A DNA stretch of 63,618 nucleotides, filler included, from Octopus bimaculoides (Eukaryota), in NCBI RefSeq assembly GCF_001194135.2. It is 4 parts of 4 records of this genome, joined end to end, with 100 filler letters (N's around TTAATTAATTAA, not from the genome) between each part and the next. Parts side by side here need not be neighbours in the genome. Positions count along the whole stretch, not along the records: positions 1 to 31,813 come from NC_068989.1; 3 more parts are not named here. One strand, 5' to 3'. The notes beneath the pieces are model-generated. The model was not told the DNA's origin. It made no database searches and worked only from the letters and a program-made list of their open reading frames with translations. Within the stretch, counting starts at the first letter, position 1, and the number at the start of each line of letters is the position of its first letter. Below are positions 1 to 13,440 of the stretch, one piece after another. Made by a program: the position numbers and the translations under genes.

Positions 1-377
1 GTTTTAGGGGGAAGTTTGATAGGGTGTCAATATATTGGTCCAGGTAGATATTTCTGCCTTTTGGTGGGGTGAAATTTGATTTATTCCTCACTAAAGAATC
101 TTCGGTTTCATTATTATTTTTATTATTAATATTGGTGGTGAAGAATTCGACAAGTCGTAATTTGCGACAGAATTTCTGGATATCTTCCTTTAGTTCATGG
201 TGGTTGACTGTTGGTGTAGGTGTAAATTTCAGGCCTTTTAACAGAAGTTGGGTTTCATCATTGTCAAGATCTCTTCTGGAAAGATTAATTATCTTAGGGT
301 CTATGTGTCCAATTGTTTTGGGTATGTTACTTCTTGGAGTGTTTCTTTCTCCGGTGTTTGTTTTCCTGACATTAAAA
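1..377 (-). mobile_element. Penelope-like element (PLE) ORF, N-terminal fragment upstream of the RT core; runs off the window start
   Basis: Open minus frame ...KIINLSRRDLDNDETQLLLKGLKFTPTP...EDIQKFCRKLRLVEFF...NKSNFTPPKGRNIYLDQYIDTL. NLS...LLxKGLKFxPTP and FxRKLRL are typical of the PLE pre-RT region. No internal stop seen. Confidence 0.8.
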
Positions 378-466
378 AATGAATTTTTTTCTGTTTATGG
401 TTACTATTTTTGTCGCCATGATAGACCGCTAGGCACTATACTTTTTTCTGTTTTCTCTTCCTGTTC

Positions 467-502
467 CTTTCTGTCGAAGAGCGTAGGCTCGAAACGTAAA
501 AG
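467..502 (+). ncRNA. Minimal type I hammerhead-like ribozyme (A6U core variant)
   Basis: CTTT-CTGTCGA-A-GAGC(GTAG)GCTC-GAA-AC/GT-A-AAAG. Stem I CTTT/AAAG, stem II GAGC/GCTC, palindromic stem III ACGT, predicted cleavage after GUA (A498). Confidence 0.6.
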
Positions 503-600
503 ACTTTATCACTTCCAAAGCGTTAAATTATTACATCTGTTTGTTGTTTACACACCCGTCTTCGTCGTTTTTGTAAATTCTCGCTATATATGTGTGTGTG

Positions 601-656
<56 letters not shown>

Positions 657-670
657 CTGACAGACAGACA
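601..670. repeat. (GATA)n/(GACA)n microsatellite
   Basis: Directly visible tetranucleotide run. Confidence 0.95.
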
Positions 671-869
671 TAGTTTTATATCCTTCTATACGGTAGATAT
701 ACATATTTCAGAAAGCGGGGATAGACACAAGTGTTTTCTCACGACAATGTACTTCAAATCATTCCGCAAAACACGATATTCCAATAACTACAAACTCTCA
801 ACGACTCCTACAACTTCCGCTTGTCTCAGCTACTTTTTATAAGAGTTTGGCTCGTCCATTCTTCCACAG

Positions 870-1449
870 CCACAACAGATAGACAGACAGACAGAGTGAT
901 AGAGAGAGAGAGAGAGACATCCATCCATCGCACAACTGTTCTCTTTCTTTCTTCTCATAAAAGCTCACATGTCTCATCTGCCCGCTCATTCTCTCATTCT
1001 CTCTTTCTCTCATATGCACTATCGTACAGGATCACGCACGCACACTCACAATGTCTGTTCCACATACACAAACTCCCACAAACACACTGACATATTCTTT
1101 CATACACACAAACCTGTCTCATAAACCATCTCCAGGGAGGGGACGGGGATCCCCCCTGCCAACACATGCGACCCTTCACATATTTCCTCACCCATTTAAT
1201 CACATCTACACCCACACTTATATGTAACCACTTTTTCCTTTTGTTCTTACTTTAACGCGCACACACGCACACTTTCTCTCACTCTCTCTCTCTCTCTCTC
1301 TCTCTCTCGGGCACACACACACATTTTGTCATAGACACTCACTTTGTCTCTCTCTCTCGAGCACACACGCATTCTCGTCGTTTCCTTTCTCATACAATCT
1401 TTCTTTTCCACACATTTTCACTTACATACGTACTCCCACACTTAGATGC

Positions 1450-1548
<99 letters not shown>

Positions 1549-1677
1549 TCTCTTATACAAGTTCATTTACACACACACACATTCTCTCACTCTCTCTCTC
1601 TCACACACACAAACACATTCTCTCTTTCTCTCGCATGCAAGCGTACACATTCTCTCTCTCTCTCCCTCTCCCCCTAT

Positions 1678-1710
<33 letters not shown>
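870..1710. repeat. Cluster of (CT)n, (CA)n and (GA)n microsatellites
   Basis: Near-pure (CT)n at about 1451-1545 plus several (CA)n/(CT)n runs. These generate the SLSLSL ORFs. Confidence 0.9.
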
Positions 1711-2690
1711 ACAAGGCGATAAAGGTATTATTTCTCCAGGGCTTAGATTTGTACCTTGAAGACCTCGTATATATTATGTCGCACAGCTATGTCGCACACC
1801 TGCATTCTGTTAGAAACAGCCACCTGTTTGTGTTTATACATTTCTACGTATATAGAGAGAGAGGTGGCGGCGGTGGTGGTGAGAATTACGATTCTAGATT
1901 AGACGCCCCTACCCTACCTAACAATGGTAATTTAGCTTAGAGAGATTTTAAATAATTGCTTCTAATTTTGGCCAGAAACCAGTATCTTTGAGGGGGGGGG
2001 GTTAGTGAAATACAATTAACCCCCAGCACATGACTGGTTCATATTTTAACTTTAACAAAAAGTACCAGGCCCACTCAAACTTCCAAATTTATATCCAATA
2101 ATGAGAATAAATGATAATTTTATGAATAAAAATCTATGAGGTGCCACCATCACCCAACATAAACAACATAAATAAGCAGAACAGTTCAAACGTATAAAAA
2201 AGGGACATAAAAACCAAAGATTTCATTCTTCTTCCATTTTCTTTGACGTTGAACTTTTTTCTCTGATTGTACATTTTGGTTCTGTATGATGGCAATATTC
2301 TTTATATTTCTTCTTCATATCATCATTATTTGTTGCTTTCTTCTCATTCGACATAAATTTAGAAGTTTGAATTTGCTGACACATCTGGGGTTTTTTGTTT
2401 TTGTTACATCTTCATATTGGATAATAGTCACCAGTACCATACGGTGTCTTCCTCTGGTCAAGGACGAAGCATCATCTCTTTATTTCAGCCCAATTTTTCC
2501 CCACCATAAAAGAAGACCAAAGGTTACTCAATCCCCTTCTTCTTCTCCTCAATAAAGGAACACAAGAATTCTATGACTTCGTATCAAACAGGCAGAAGTC
2601 ATTTCCAAGTTGTTTCCAGAAACTTGATATGTTACAACGGAGGTGTTCCTTTTACTTTTGATTGGTTTTCATAATCATTTTCTCCGTCTC

Positions 2691-2907
2691 GAGGTGGTCA
2701 GCTGACAGAATTGTTGGCAGGCAAAATGTTGAGCAGCAATTCATCCAACTTTATGTCCTGGGTTCAAATTCTGCCAAAGTTAACTTTGCTTTTCATCATT
2801 CAGGGTCAGTGTATTAAGTACCAGCTGAGTACTGGGGTTGATGCAATTGACCTTACCTCCCCTCTCCCCAAATTGCTGGCCTTGTGCCCAAATTTGAAAC
2901 CAATATT
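2691..2907 (+). mobile_element. SINE family A copy (head GGCGGTGAGCTGGCAGAA, B-box-like GTTCAAAT)
   Basis: Similar to copies at 20.3, 34.0, 36.4, 41.9, 48.5 and 57.0 kb within this window. Confidence 0.7.
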
Positions 2908-3379
2908 CGTTCTTCCACCTAATATTTCACATGTAGTTGTCTTTTGTATGGTTTTGGTACTCAACATGTTCGTCATGGCATTATTCTCAGTTTTGGTCAC
3001 TTTCTCTATTTATGTAAACTGATGTTTGTGGTAGGCTGTGTTTAGATTCATAAAGATGTTATCTGTTTGTCCATCTGTCTGTCCATCCATTATGTGTCTG
3101 TCTGTCTGTCCACTTGTTTAAGCAAATCATGTTGGAAATTCCACACTTGTTAGAATAGATAACGTAGCTGTCCTGTTCTACCTTCAGGCATAATGTGTCA
3201 AGGGCAAAATGGTGAACCTTCAACACTTGGGTCAGTAATAACATGTTACAGAGTTTTAGACACAATGGGTTTCAAACCAAAAAAAATTCTCCCTGCAAAA
3301 AAAAAAACATAATAAATAAATAAACCAAATGATCACATTCCAAAACATTTAAATACCTTTAGCCTAATTATTTTTATTT

Positions 3380-4125
3380 TTCGTGATGACACCATTGGTA
3401 TTATTTGATCAATTCACTTGTTATTGCACAATATTTTCATGGAGATTCTATTTATGAAGAGTCCATTTCCAGAAAATGCCTCAAAACATTACAAGAGGGC
3501 ATAAGTGACTGTGATGCTAGAATGTTCTTCAAAAACAAAAACAGAACCCCTCCCCTCCCCGATTTATTGAAAATAGTTTCACTTATGACTAATGGTGCCC
3601 CTAATATGCCAGGCTCTGAAATATTGGTTTTTATAAATGAAGCTGGATCAGTTTACAATGATTCGCTAATGTACAATGCATCGTTGGAGAGTGGCTTGTT
3701 GAAGTGAAACCAGATTGTTTTTTTAATCTAAAAACATGGAGTATAATTCTTCTCAGCTAATGAAGATAATGCTTGGCTCAATAAACTTAGCTTTTTCATG
3801 GATTTTCCATTAAATTTGAATAAACTGAATATTAAACAGTAAAGTTCTATTGAAGTGATGTTTAGCTTTGTCAAAAGTTTTTAAAGTCAACTTGACATGT
3901 TTCAACATTAATGTTTCCCTATTCTTTGCAAAGTTGAAGAAATTTTTTTCTGCAGTTCTATGAATTTTGTGCAATATACAAAACAATATCTAGAAGTTGT
4001 AAGAACAAAGACTGAGCCGTTTTCCTTCTCGTTTTCTGCAAGAATTTGGCAGATTCATTAGAGCAATCGATGATACAATGCCTCAACACCGTTTGCTTGC
4101 CAAACTTTTTACCATATTTCTGTAG
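3380..4125 (+). mobile_element. Degenerate hAT transposase remnant (Buster/GTF2IRD2-like)
   Basis: LKIVSLMTNGAPNMPGSE resembles the hAT 'SITTDGAPSMxG' block, and AWLNKLSFFMDFPLNLNKLN resembles 'WLxxLAFLxDIxxHLNxLN'. Many stops and frameshifts. Confidence 0.6.
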
Positions 4126-4134
4126 AAGCATACA

Positions 4135-4312
4135 GCCTTTGTTTGAATTACTTTGGGAAATAATGGATTTGGTAAAGTAACATTATTTAGAGTTTGGAAT
4201 ATAAGTTAAGATTTTAATGGAAGGTTTCAAATTGGATAACTTTAAAATATGAATTTTGTTCTATAAAAACCAAATGTGGTCTCAGGTGAGTTAATATGGA
4301 AAGGGTTCAAAC
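4135..4312 (-). mobile_element. MITE-like repeat with TTAA-CCCTT-type ends (piggyBac-like, decayed)
   Basis: Reverse-complement similarity to 8171-8388. End reads GGAAAGGGTTCAA. Confidence 0.4.
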
Positions 4313-4779
4313 CCCACTGAGGTCAGATTTCCTTTTCATCCTTTCACAGTCAGTTCAGAGTGATGGGTTTGGTAAAACTGTTAAAACATCAAATTGGATG
4401 TCTTGGGGTATTTGGTCTGGTTGTTTGTCTTCTCAATTCAAATCCTTCCAAGGCTGTTACAGGTGATGGACTTAATCAGAGCATTCCATTTCAAACATCC
4501 AGGACTAGGTTCTAAGTTTAAGGACACTGTCCATTGTTGCTCCTCCCAGTCTTGGAGGCCTCATAAGGCATCATTGGTACTGCTTTCCCTCTTGGCTAAA
4601 AGACAAAACGCATTACTGTTTATAAACCATTCCAATGAATCTGATTTGTATGGTTCCAAATTAAGTTGCTTTGGATTGAGTGGATTTAGAGGATTCAGAA
4701 ATGTAAACTTCTGCTCTGTCTCGTTTGGAAACAAAAATTCTTTCCACTTTCAATAGATTTAGAAGAAATGGAATATGTT

Positions 4780-5130
4780 GTGGTTGAGAATCTTGTTTTG
4801 CAACAACCCTGTACATTTAGGTTTATTCCCATTGCACAACACCTTGGCCAAGTATCTTCTACTATAGGCCCATACCAACCAATGTTTTGTGAGTGGATAC
4901 CAACCAATGCCTTTGCTAGATGGAAATTGTGTGGTATTTGTGTGTGTGTGTGTGTGTGCTACACCACCACTTGACAACCAGTGTTGGTTTGTTTACAGCC
5001 CCATAACTTAATGGTTCAATAAATGAGACTGCCGGAATAAGTACCAGACTTAAAGAATAACTGCTGGTGTCAATTTATTTGACAAAACATTTCAAGATGA
5101 TGCTCCAACATGGCCAAAGATAGAAGATAC
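4780..5130 (+). mobile_element. Composite SINE family B (tRNA-like head region, (TG)n, body with CGCTTGACAACC...GGCCGCAGTC tail)
   Basis: Shares blocks with 57.5, 58.3-59.3 and 63.5 kb. Central (TG)n. Confidence 0.65.
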
Positions 5131-6849
5131 AAGTAATTGTAAAAATGTATTCTCATTGTGAACTTGTGAAAGTGTAGAATTGCATTTGCAAATACTGTTA
5201 TGCTCTTCAAATCTTTGCAAAAGTATTTCTTACCATTTTCTCATCTAAGTATTTGTGTGAAACGTTGTCCTTAGCTCTAAATTGAAAAACAAACAACAGA
5301 AACAGAATTGCAGATGACTTGAGTGCTTACTTGTCTAATATGAAAATATTCATGCTTTATCTTCCCCATAAATCAACTGCTTTTTTGGAATCTGCAACAA
5401 AATAGTCATTAGATTTTAGATAGCTTCCTCAATTTCATTTTATTATCATTGTTTTATAAGTATTATTTTAAAATTGTGACATATTTTATTTAACTCCTAC
5501 TTCACATCTAAAAGCATTTCTCAGAAACTAAACTACTTGCACACATATTAGTGACACTCCAATAACAATGAAGAAAAAAAAAATGACAAGTTCAACATGC
5601 TGAACTTGAAAGCTTCACTGTAACTGATGGAGGATCTAGGATTTTATTATGCTGTGTGTCCTTCCTTTTTTTAAGGTGATAGATATGACTTTAAAGAGAT
5701 TTTACTGCTTTTTCTACTAAATCAAACATCCATGTAGTGCATTTTTTTTCTCTCAACCTTCAGTTCAAGACTCAAATTAGAATCATGAAACAGTTTTTCT
5801 AACTTTTATATTTGTTGAAAGTGCATTTTTTTCTTCCTAAATAATCCTACTGTTATATGCAACCATTTTCATTTTCTACTATCAAGTGTCACTCAAACAC
5901 AAAAGGATGGCTGCTATATGTGCACTCAGACTTCTTCGGAATATGCTTTAGTAATTATCATGTCTGTCTTCCTGTTACAGAGTTACTGCTGCCTATAAAT
6001 GTAGTCATTGGTTTTTATAAGATTTGTGGATGGATTCACCATTTTGCTTTTTATAAGATGGCATGTTTACTTTTTATATCTTTTATTTGTTTCAGTCATT
6101 GGACAGCAACTATTGCTGGAACAGCATTTTGTAGGGTTTAGTGAAACAAATCAGCCCCACTACTTACTGGTTTTTTTTTTTAAGTCTCAACTAATAGTAT
6201 TGGTTTCTTTTGCCAAACTCTTAAGTTATGGGGATGCAAATAAACCTACACTGGTTGTCGAGCAGTTTGGATGAATACACACCCTTTATACATACATACA
6301 TATAAATACTATTGATGGGCTTCCACACAGTTTCCATCTACCAACTTCACTCCCAAGACATTGGTCAACCCAGGGCTATAGTAGAAGATACTTGCTCAAT
6401 GCTGCAAAGTCAGATTGAACCTAAAACTCTGAGTATCAGTATTTATTTTATTATTCAGTGATCAAATGATCCATGTCACTATGGAGGCAAGTAGAAAGGT
6501 TTTGTGGAAAAAAAAAGCTAAAATCATTGTTAGATTCCAATGGTTCTTTTCGATTTTTTTTTTTTTTCATGAATTGAATGAGTTAAATATCTTTCTACAA
6601 TTCCATGATCAAACCATTATTGGCTTAATGGAAAATATAAATGCATTTAAAGTAAAAGCTAAGATTGTGGAAAAGGAATAAAACTCTATTTTTTCCCCAC
6701 ATTCAATCGGCTAAAAGATTTGTGGTAATAATTTTAGTAACATTTATAATATTATCTTGAACTATCTTGCAAAAGTGATAACAGAATTTAGTTTCGGTAT
6801 TTCACTAGACGATGCCTAGAAATACGATTAAGTACAGGGTAGCCTGGAC

Positions 6850-6983
6850 ATCATCATCATCATTTTGATGTTCACTTTCCTTGGTTTGCCTGAGTCAGAG
6901 TTCATTGAAGCTGATTTTCTGGTGCTGGATGCCCTTCCTGTTACCAACCCTCAATCTCTTTCCAAGTAAGTTAATATTTACTC
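6850..6983 (-). mobile_element. RTE-tail short repeat (family D), interrupted by the SINE at 6984
   Basis: (CAT)n followed by CTGGATGCCCTTCC, as in other D copies. Confidence 0.55.
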
Positions 6984-7357
6984 GGAGGCGCAATGGCCCA
7001 GTGGTTAGGGCAGCGGACTCGCGGTTTCGATTCCCAGACCGGGCGTTATGAGTGTTTATTGAGCGAAAACACCTAAAGCTCCACGAGGCTCCAGCAAGGG
7101 ATGGTGGCGAACCCTGCCGTACTCTTTCACCACAACTTTCTCTCACTCTTACTTCCTGTTTCTGTTGTGCCTGTAATTCAAAGGGTCAGCCTTGTCACAC
7201 TGTGTCATGCTGAATATCCTCCAAGAACTACGTTAAGGGTACACGTGTCTGTGGAGAGCTCAGCCACTTGCACGTTAATTTCACGAGCAGGCTGTTCCGT
7301 TGATCGGATCAACTGGAACCCTCGACGTTGTAAGCGACGGAGTGCCAACAACACTAA
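6984..7357 (+). mobile_element. tRNA-derived SINE family E, near full length, with ~11-bp TSD
   Basis: A-box TGGCCCAGTGGTTAGG, B-box GGTTTCGATTCCC, (CAA) tail. TSD AATATTTACTC (6973-6983) / AATATTTACCC (7358-7368). Highly similar to 32801-33160. Confidence 0.85.
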
Positions 7358-8170
7358 AATATTTACCCACAAAAGATTGGAGATGACTAACACTGCTTGT
7401 ATGACAGTGACACCTGTTTTAACTATTGTATAATATTACCCCATGGCCATGTAGTTGAGAAGCAAGCTTCATAACCATGCAGCTACATCTATGTCTAAAT
7501 ACAAAAAATAATATTTAATGCAGCTTCTTTATGTTTTCCAAAAAATAGTATAAAGTAGAAAATTTTCAAAACCATTTCTTGATGATTCAAACCAGTTTTC
7601 AGTTTTTCACTTGCAGTAATTTTATGATTTAAAATTTCAAGTCAGAGAAGAAAAGGATGAATCAAAATTAACAAAATTTAATACAATTTAATGCGTGTTA
7701 TTTCAACATAATAGGAATCAAAATTAATACAATTTATGGTAATAATTCAATTTTGGATAATTAAGAGTTACAATTGATACTTGTCCATCTCCGTGTCTAA
7801 GAATACAGAAAGCACTTGTAAAGCGTTTGTTATGGTCTTATTTAAATTAAAATTGTTAATTGAATTATTCTCTTAATTGTCCTAAATTGTATTATTATTA
7901 TAAACTGTTCTTTTTTATTCATATTATGTTGAAATAATATGTATTAAATCATATTGTATTGTTTTATCATAAATTGTATTAAATTTTATTAATTTTGATT
8001 TGTATTGTTCTCTGTTTAAGTTGAAATTTGAGTTTGAATGTTATTGCTTGTAAAAAAAATTGAAGTTGAATTAAACAATCGAATAATGTTTTTGTAAAAC
8101 TTCTGATTTAGAATATTGTTATTTAGCAAGAAAAGAGTAAAAGAATATATAATCTGGGATACATTTTGTC

Positions 8171-8388
8171 TTAACCTTTTGGTTCCAACCTGTCTGAGAT
8201 GGCCTTTTTGTTTCTGACACAAAAATCCTCATTTAAAGTAATCTAAATGAAAGATCTTCTATCAAAACTTTCTGCTAATTTTCGTTCCAATAACAAAGTC
8301 ATTTTCCCAAATTCTTCATTATTTCAGAAATTAATTAAAACAAATTCAGTGTATTTCAACAGAATTATGGTAACAAAAAGGTCTTAAA
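8171..8388 (+). mobile_element. MITE-like repeat with TTAA-flanked, piggyBac-like ends
   Basis: TTAACCTTTTGGTT...GTAACAAAAAGGTCTTAA imperfect terminal inverted repeats. Second copy at 4.1-4.3 kb. Confidence 0.45.
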
Positions 8389-8789
8389 GAGAGAGGTTGA
8401 TCATGTTTGAGCTATTGTGGATCATATATTTCTCAATCAAGGTTGACTCAAGGTTAAACACATTATCTCTTTCTGAATTTAAATTTGAATACAACTTGCA
8501 CAAGAACAAACCTCATTTATCAAGAAATATATTTGAAAAATGTTGGATGTGGGCATCCATTTAATAGTGATATTAAGAATCTGCTGAGAATTTCGACTCA
8601 GTTAATAAATTATAAGATCAGTTTATTGAAATTGAAGTTTCTGTGATACATGGTTATAAATGAGAATCCTAGAAGAGATATTCTGAAAGCTATGAGATTG
8701 TTGGAAGCTTACAGAGAACCATAAAATATATGATTTCACTTTTTTTATAATGTTTTGAAGTGCTTTCTTTTTGAGGTGTTGAAAACTCC

Positions 8790-9150
8790 ATATTGGCAGT
8801 ATGGAAGGTGCAGTCTTACAAAAGATGGAAAGAGTTTCATTGCTTTCCTTTCTCAGCCAACCGTATTATGCAACACAACAAGAGATGTAGAGATAGTAAA
8901 AAAAACCAAGCAGTGTCAGTGCTGGACTCAGTCCACTCTCTAAATAATGCATACATTTGCCCCAGATGAAGAACTAATCTACATCTTTGAATGCAGATGA
9001 AGTCATAGAGTTGCATCAGAGTTTTGCTTCTCCTACAGAGATGTTTAAACAAAGACCTGGAGTCTCCCACACTCAGCTGTCAGCCATTGACTCAACTGAT
9101 TTCTGCAAGCCTTTGACAGGTTTTGTTTTTCTTTCCTGCAGCATGTCCAA
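8790..9150 (-). mobile_element. Heavily decayed LINE RT fragment (RTE-like)
   Basis: GLQKSVESMADS*VWETPGLCLNISVGEAKL...KDVD*FFIWG resembles the LQxxxDxLxxxCxxFGLxISxxKT...VDxFxYLG region of RTE RTs. Multiple stops. Confidence 0.35.
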
Positions 9151-9568
9151 CAAAAACCATCTTTCTTACCAATAGTTCTCAGTCAGTTGTCTTACCTGTA
9201 ATTGTTGTATCAATAATAGATTATTTCTTTGATCTCCTTGCTTTGTTTACCTGTCACCTGTTGTCTTACAGATAATATAAACACTGTGTATAATGGACTG
9301 CATCACACACTCTCCCCCATAATATTAGCCTTACATACAAAGGCCACAGCAGGATAATATTACTTTCAAATTTTGGCACAAGGCCAGCAATTTTGCTCTT
9401 CCTGATGCCAACCTTTTTTACTTGTCTCTTAGGACATGCAAGATTATGGTGTACATTGTCATGTGACCATAATGACACAGCTAAATCATTTTATCAGTGT
9501 GTTTATATTTACATAAGTGCTTGACTTGGAGAGAATAGAAGCACAAGCACACATGCACCCCACCCCCT

Positions 9569-9605
<37 letters not shown>

Positions 9606-11313
9606 AAGCACAAATGTGTAGACAAATACTCTTAAATTTATTAATTTCCAAATGGGCCAGTGACTGGCTTGTTTGGAAAATGTTAACCCAAGTAAATTTT
9701 TGTTATAAAATACATTATTTCCAAAAAGAATGAAATGATTCTTTGCAGGATTACCTAACTCTAGGAATTTTAAGATCATGTTAATAAGTGGAGCCAAAAC
9801 AAATTACTTATTCTACACATTACCTTTCTGTATATTCTACTTAACCTCTTTCTTATTATTGTTTCAAGCTCAGACTTCTAATACCTCCAAATATTATGAA
9901 GAAATGATTATCTCCCTTGTACTTACTGTCCACTAGGGGACACCATGTGTTTAAAATAAATTTATTTAAAAGTGGTGCCCCTGTATGGCCACAGTCTAAT
10001 GACTGGAACTGGTAAAAGATAAATGATAAATACATTTATGAAATGCAATCTAAGACAATTAAACATTACAAAACAATCAACGTTCTGTGAATTCATTACC
10101 ATTCTGATTATTTCGATCTTACAAATTTGTTTGTTGAGTAAAAGTTGTTTCTGCATTGAGTTTCCTAACGTCACACCTGACCATTAAATGGAGGTGTGAG
10201 AAAACAAGTTTTTTTTTTTCTTTATTCAAATAGATTTATTTAATGTTTATATTTCATACATTACTGAGCAAATGCTAAAATAAAATGGATAAGTCTTTAA
10301 TTATTAGCTTTAAGAAAAGTAGGCATTTATTAACATTAAAAAAAAATATTATTAGATTATTGAAATAAGAGAATGAAAGTAGAAAGAAAGACAACCTTTA
10401 TAAGTCACATGGCAGAAATGCTTTCAAATCCACACACATTTATATTTCATACACTCATACATTTAATATATACACATAGACACTTTGTTTTAAATGGTAT
10501 TTTTTTAATGTAAATACAAATTCAAACACTCTTCTACACATGGACCCACACACACAAATGCACACAAACATACTGACACACTTTAAACACTGAATCAGTA
10601 TGCTTATAATTTACATGTGCACACATGCATTTGAAAGAACACTAGCACACACACATACATACATAAAACGAACACAAACATGCGTACAAAATGCATAGAA
10701 ACACAGATTTCTATTTACCAGTTTTGAAATGTTCGAAGTTAATGCTTTAGAAATTTTCAAACAATTTCAAGTCGACACTCATCTGTACCAGAAAGAAATT
10801 TATCAAATTTATTTTGAAACCATAATAGAGATTTTTATTGATGAAATATTCAAAGTTTTGCTTTTAATTAAGTCAAAATTCTCTAAAGGAATATTAACAA
10901 ATACTGGTCGCTTGTTCCTTCATAATTCTATATCAGATTAAATGCAGCATTGAATGGAAGCAAAGTTTTAGCAAATTCAATGTAGTTATTGAGTGATAAA
11001 AGAATTCTGAAAAGATAATAAAAACCTACTGTAAAAATCACACGCCAAACTCCCTTGTTGTATGTGTGTGTGTGTGTGTATGTGTCTGTCTGTGTGTGTG
11101 TCTGTGTCCCACTTTCATTCCATTGTTTTCTCTAAGAATTTTAAAAGAATTGACTAAGTTCCTGGCAAGTTTTATGCTGAAGATAGTATTGTTTCTTTCA
11201 TAATAAATGTTGAATGAACCATTATTTTTAATAAACCAACCTGGCTACATTGAGACCGAAGAAGATCATTTATTTATTTAGTTATTTGTCATCCCCACCA
11301 CCACCACCACCCC

Positions 11314-11349
<36 letters not shown>

Positions 11350-11410
11350 GTTCTGGTAAGGAAACATGTCCTTTAATTAAAGAGTTTGTGATTAGATAGT
11401 CATATCATCA

Positions 11411-11413
11411 TTG

Positions 11414-11456
<43 letters not shown>

Positions 11457-11620
11457 TATTATGTAGCACCCACTTTTCCATACTTGCAAGGGTCAAATGG
11501 AATTTGTTGAGGCAAATGTTGTTGAATGCCTTTCCCGTCACCAACCCTCATCAGTTCCCATGTAAGGTAAGATTTCCCCATGGCCAGACAGGAGTTTCCC
11601 TGCAAACTAGAAATGATCAG
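11411..11620 (-). mobile_element. RTE-tail short repeat (family D), decayed
   Basis: (CAT)n followed by a block similar to 6.85 kb (ATGCCTTTCCCGTCACCAACCCTCA). Confidence 0.5.
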
Positions 11621-12795
11621 CATAAAATATCTTGATGAGGAATAATATAAACTCACTCACATATCCCCCCCCCCCACCATACACACACATGTGCAATGAG
11701 CTTCACTTTTGATCTTCCAAACACACTTATAAATTTTGGTCAGCACAGGGCTCTAATAGAAGACTCTTGCCTAAGGTGCTAAGCCGTGTGACTGAACCCA
11801 AAAACACATAGCTGGAAAGCAAACTTGTTTGTAAACACAACCATACTCTTGCATTTGTGGAAAATAATTGGTTGAGGTGCGTAAAATTTGTTTTGAAATG
11901 CAGTCTTATGAGATGGTAATTAACTTCAATGATGTCTTCCAGCATAAAAATGATGTCCAGCACGATTTGCTTAAACCATCCATCAACTTGAAAGATTCCA
12001 CAAACTCCAGCAGAGCTGCTGATGGTAATAGGTTCTTCTTTTAGTGGAAAGTGGCCATGCTGGGGCCTTCAAGAAAATAATTGATCACATCAACCCAGCA
12101 TTTGCTTGGAACTTCATTTGATTGGCCTGAAAAGTGAAGTTGCATTCGTTTGTCCTTAGAATGCTAACCAAATGGTCAAAAGAGTAATGAATGGATTATT
12201 AATTCATATCTGTCACCTGTATTATGGTGTACCTGGGGAAAAAGCACTTAACTCCAATCGGCACATAATTTGTGTCCATATAATTTGAGAGGGAATTAGC
12301 TGCCATTTTCTAGCAAGTTGAACAATCATAGAGAAGATCCCATGTTGGTTTCTTAGAGAAAATTTAACCGTTTTGCAAACTGTATTTCTTGTGGAATATG
12401 TTGTCCATATATTTCAAGAAATTTTGAATAGACTTAAGAATTTTGGATAGTTTTGTAAACCAACTTTTCCTTATTTAGTTGTTATTTTGAATGGTGACAT
12501 GGGAGAATTGTTAATAGCAGAAAAATGCTTAGCCATGTTTACTTACTGTTCTATATATTGTGAGTTCAATTCTTACAGTGGTCAACAAGGCTTTTCATCC
12601 TTTTAGGACCATTAAAATAGGGTTCTTGTCAAATGCTAGAGTTTATATCATTCATTAACCCCCATTGCTCGAAAATTACTGGCCTTCAACCTTAATTAAA
12701 AAGAATTATGAGTAATATTGACAGGGACTGCAAAGTTTTGGCTGTCACAAGGATTGAAATGGTTTTATAAAGCTGTTAGCTATATCATCATATAT

Positions 12796-12797
12796 CC

Positions 12798-12838
<41 letters not shown>

Positions 12839-12897
12839 ACATGCACATATACACGCATATATATATACATACATATACAAATATACATACATACACA

Positions 12898-12935
<38 letters not shown>
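12796..12935. repeat. (TA)n/(TACA)n microsatellite
   Basis: Directly visible. Source of the YIYIYI ORFs. Confidence 0.9.
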
Positions 12936-12936
<1 letters not shown>

Positions 12937-13440
12937 TTGTAAACACACCTGAAGGCTGTAAATTTTGGAGGAGAGCAACCACATAGGTCTTTTTACAATA
13001 ATAATATAGGGTCCAGTTATAGTGACTAAATCTAAACATTTTGACTGATAAGAGATGAGCTGAACCACTGGGAATTGAACACATACTAGCATGACTCCGT
13101 ACGCACTCAACCCAGCTACATAGCTTACTCATCAAATTATTATAAAAAGACTTATGTGGTTGCTTTCTTTCAAAATTTACACCCTTCAGGTTTGTTTACA
13201 AATTTTTAATGAAAATATCTATACATTAAATTTGGCTAAAATTGATGGGTGGGCTATGTCGATGAGTCGAGTGTGTAGGGAACCATGTAAGAACTGATGT
13301 CGTGTTCAATTCACTGTGGTTCAGCCCATCATTTTTCAGTCAAAATGTTTAGATTCAGTTGTTTTAATTGGAGCCTATATCATTATTATGAGAAATAATA
13401 TATAATTACATTTATTATATATATATATATATATATATAT

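Noticed and set aside
2200-2690. Purine-rich minus-strand stretch with Lys/Glu-rich short frames
   Set aside because: May be a decayed transposon, but no motif could be assigned.
5234-5276. Candidate minus-strand micro-exon (xAKDNVSHKYLDEKM) with good AG/GT sites
   Set aside because: No compatible neighbouring exons or recognisable protein. Such sites are expected by chance in AT-rich DNA. Needs RNA-seq.
6984-7075. tRNA gene
   Set aside because: A and B boxes are present, but it is a SINE head (continues into a repeat body, has a TSD, second copy at 32.8 kb).
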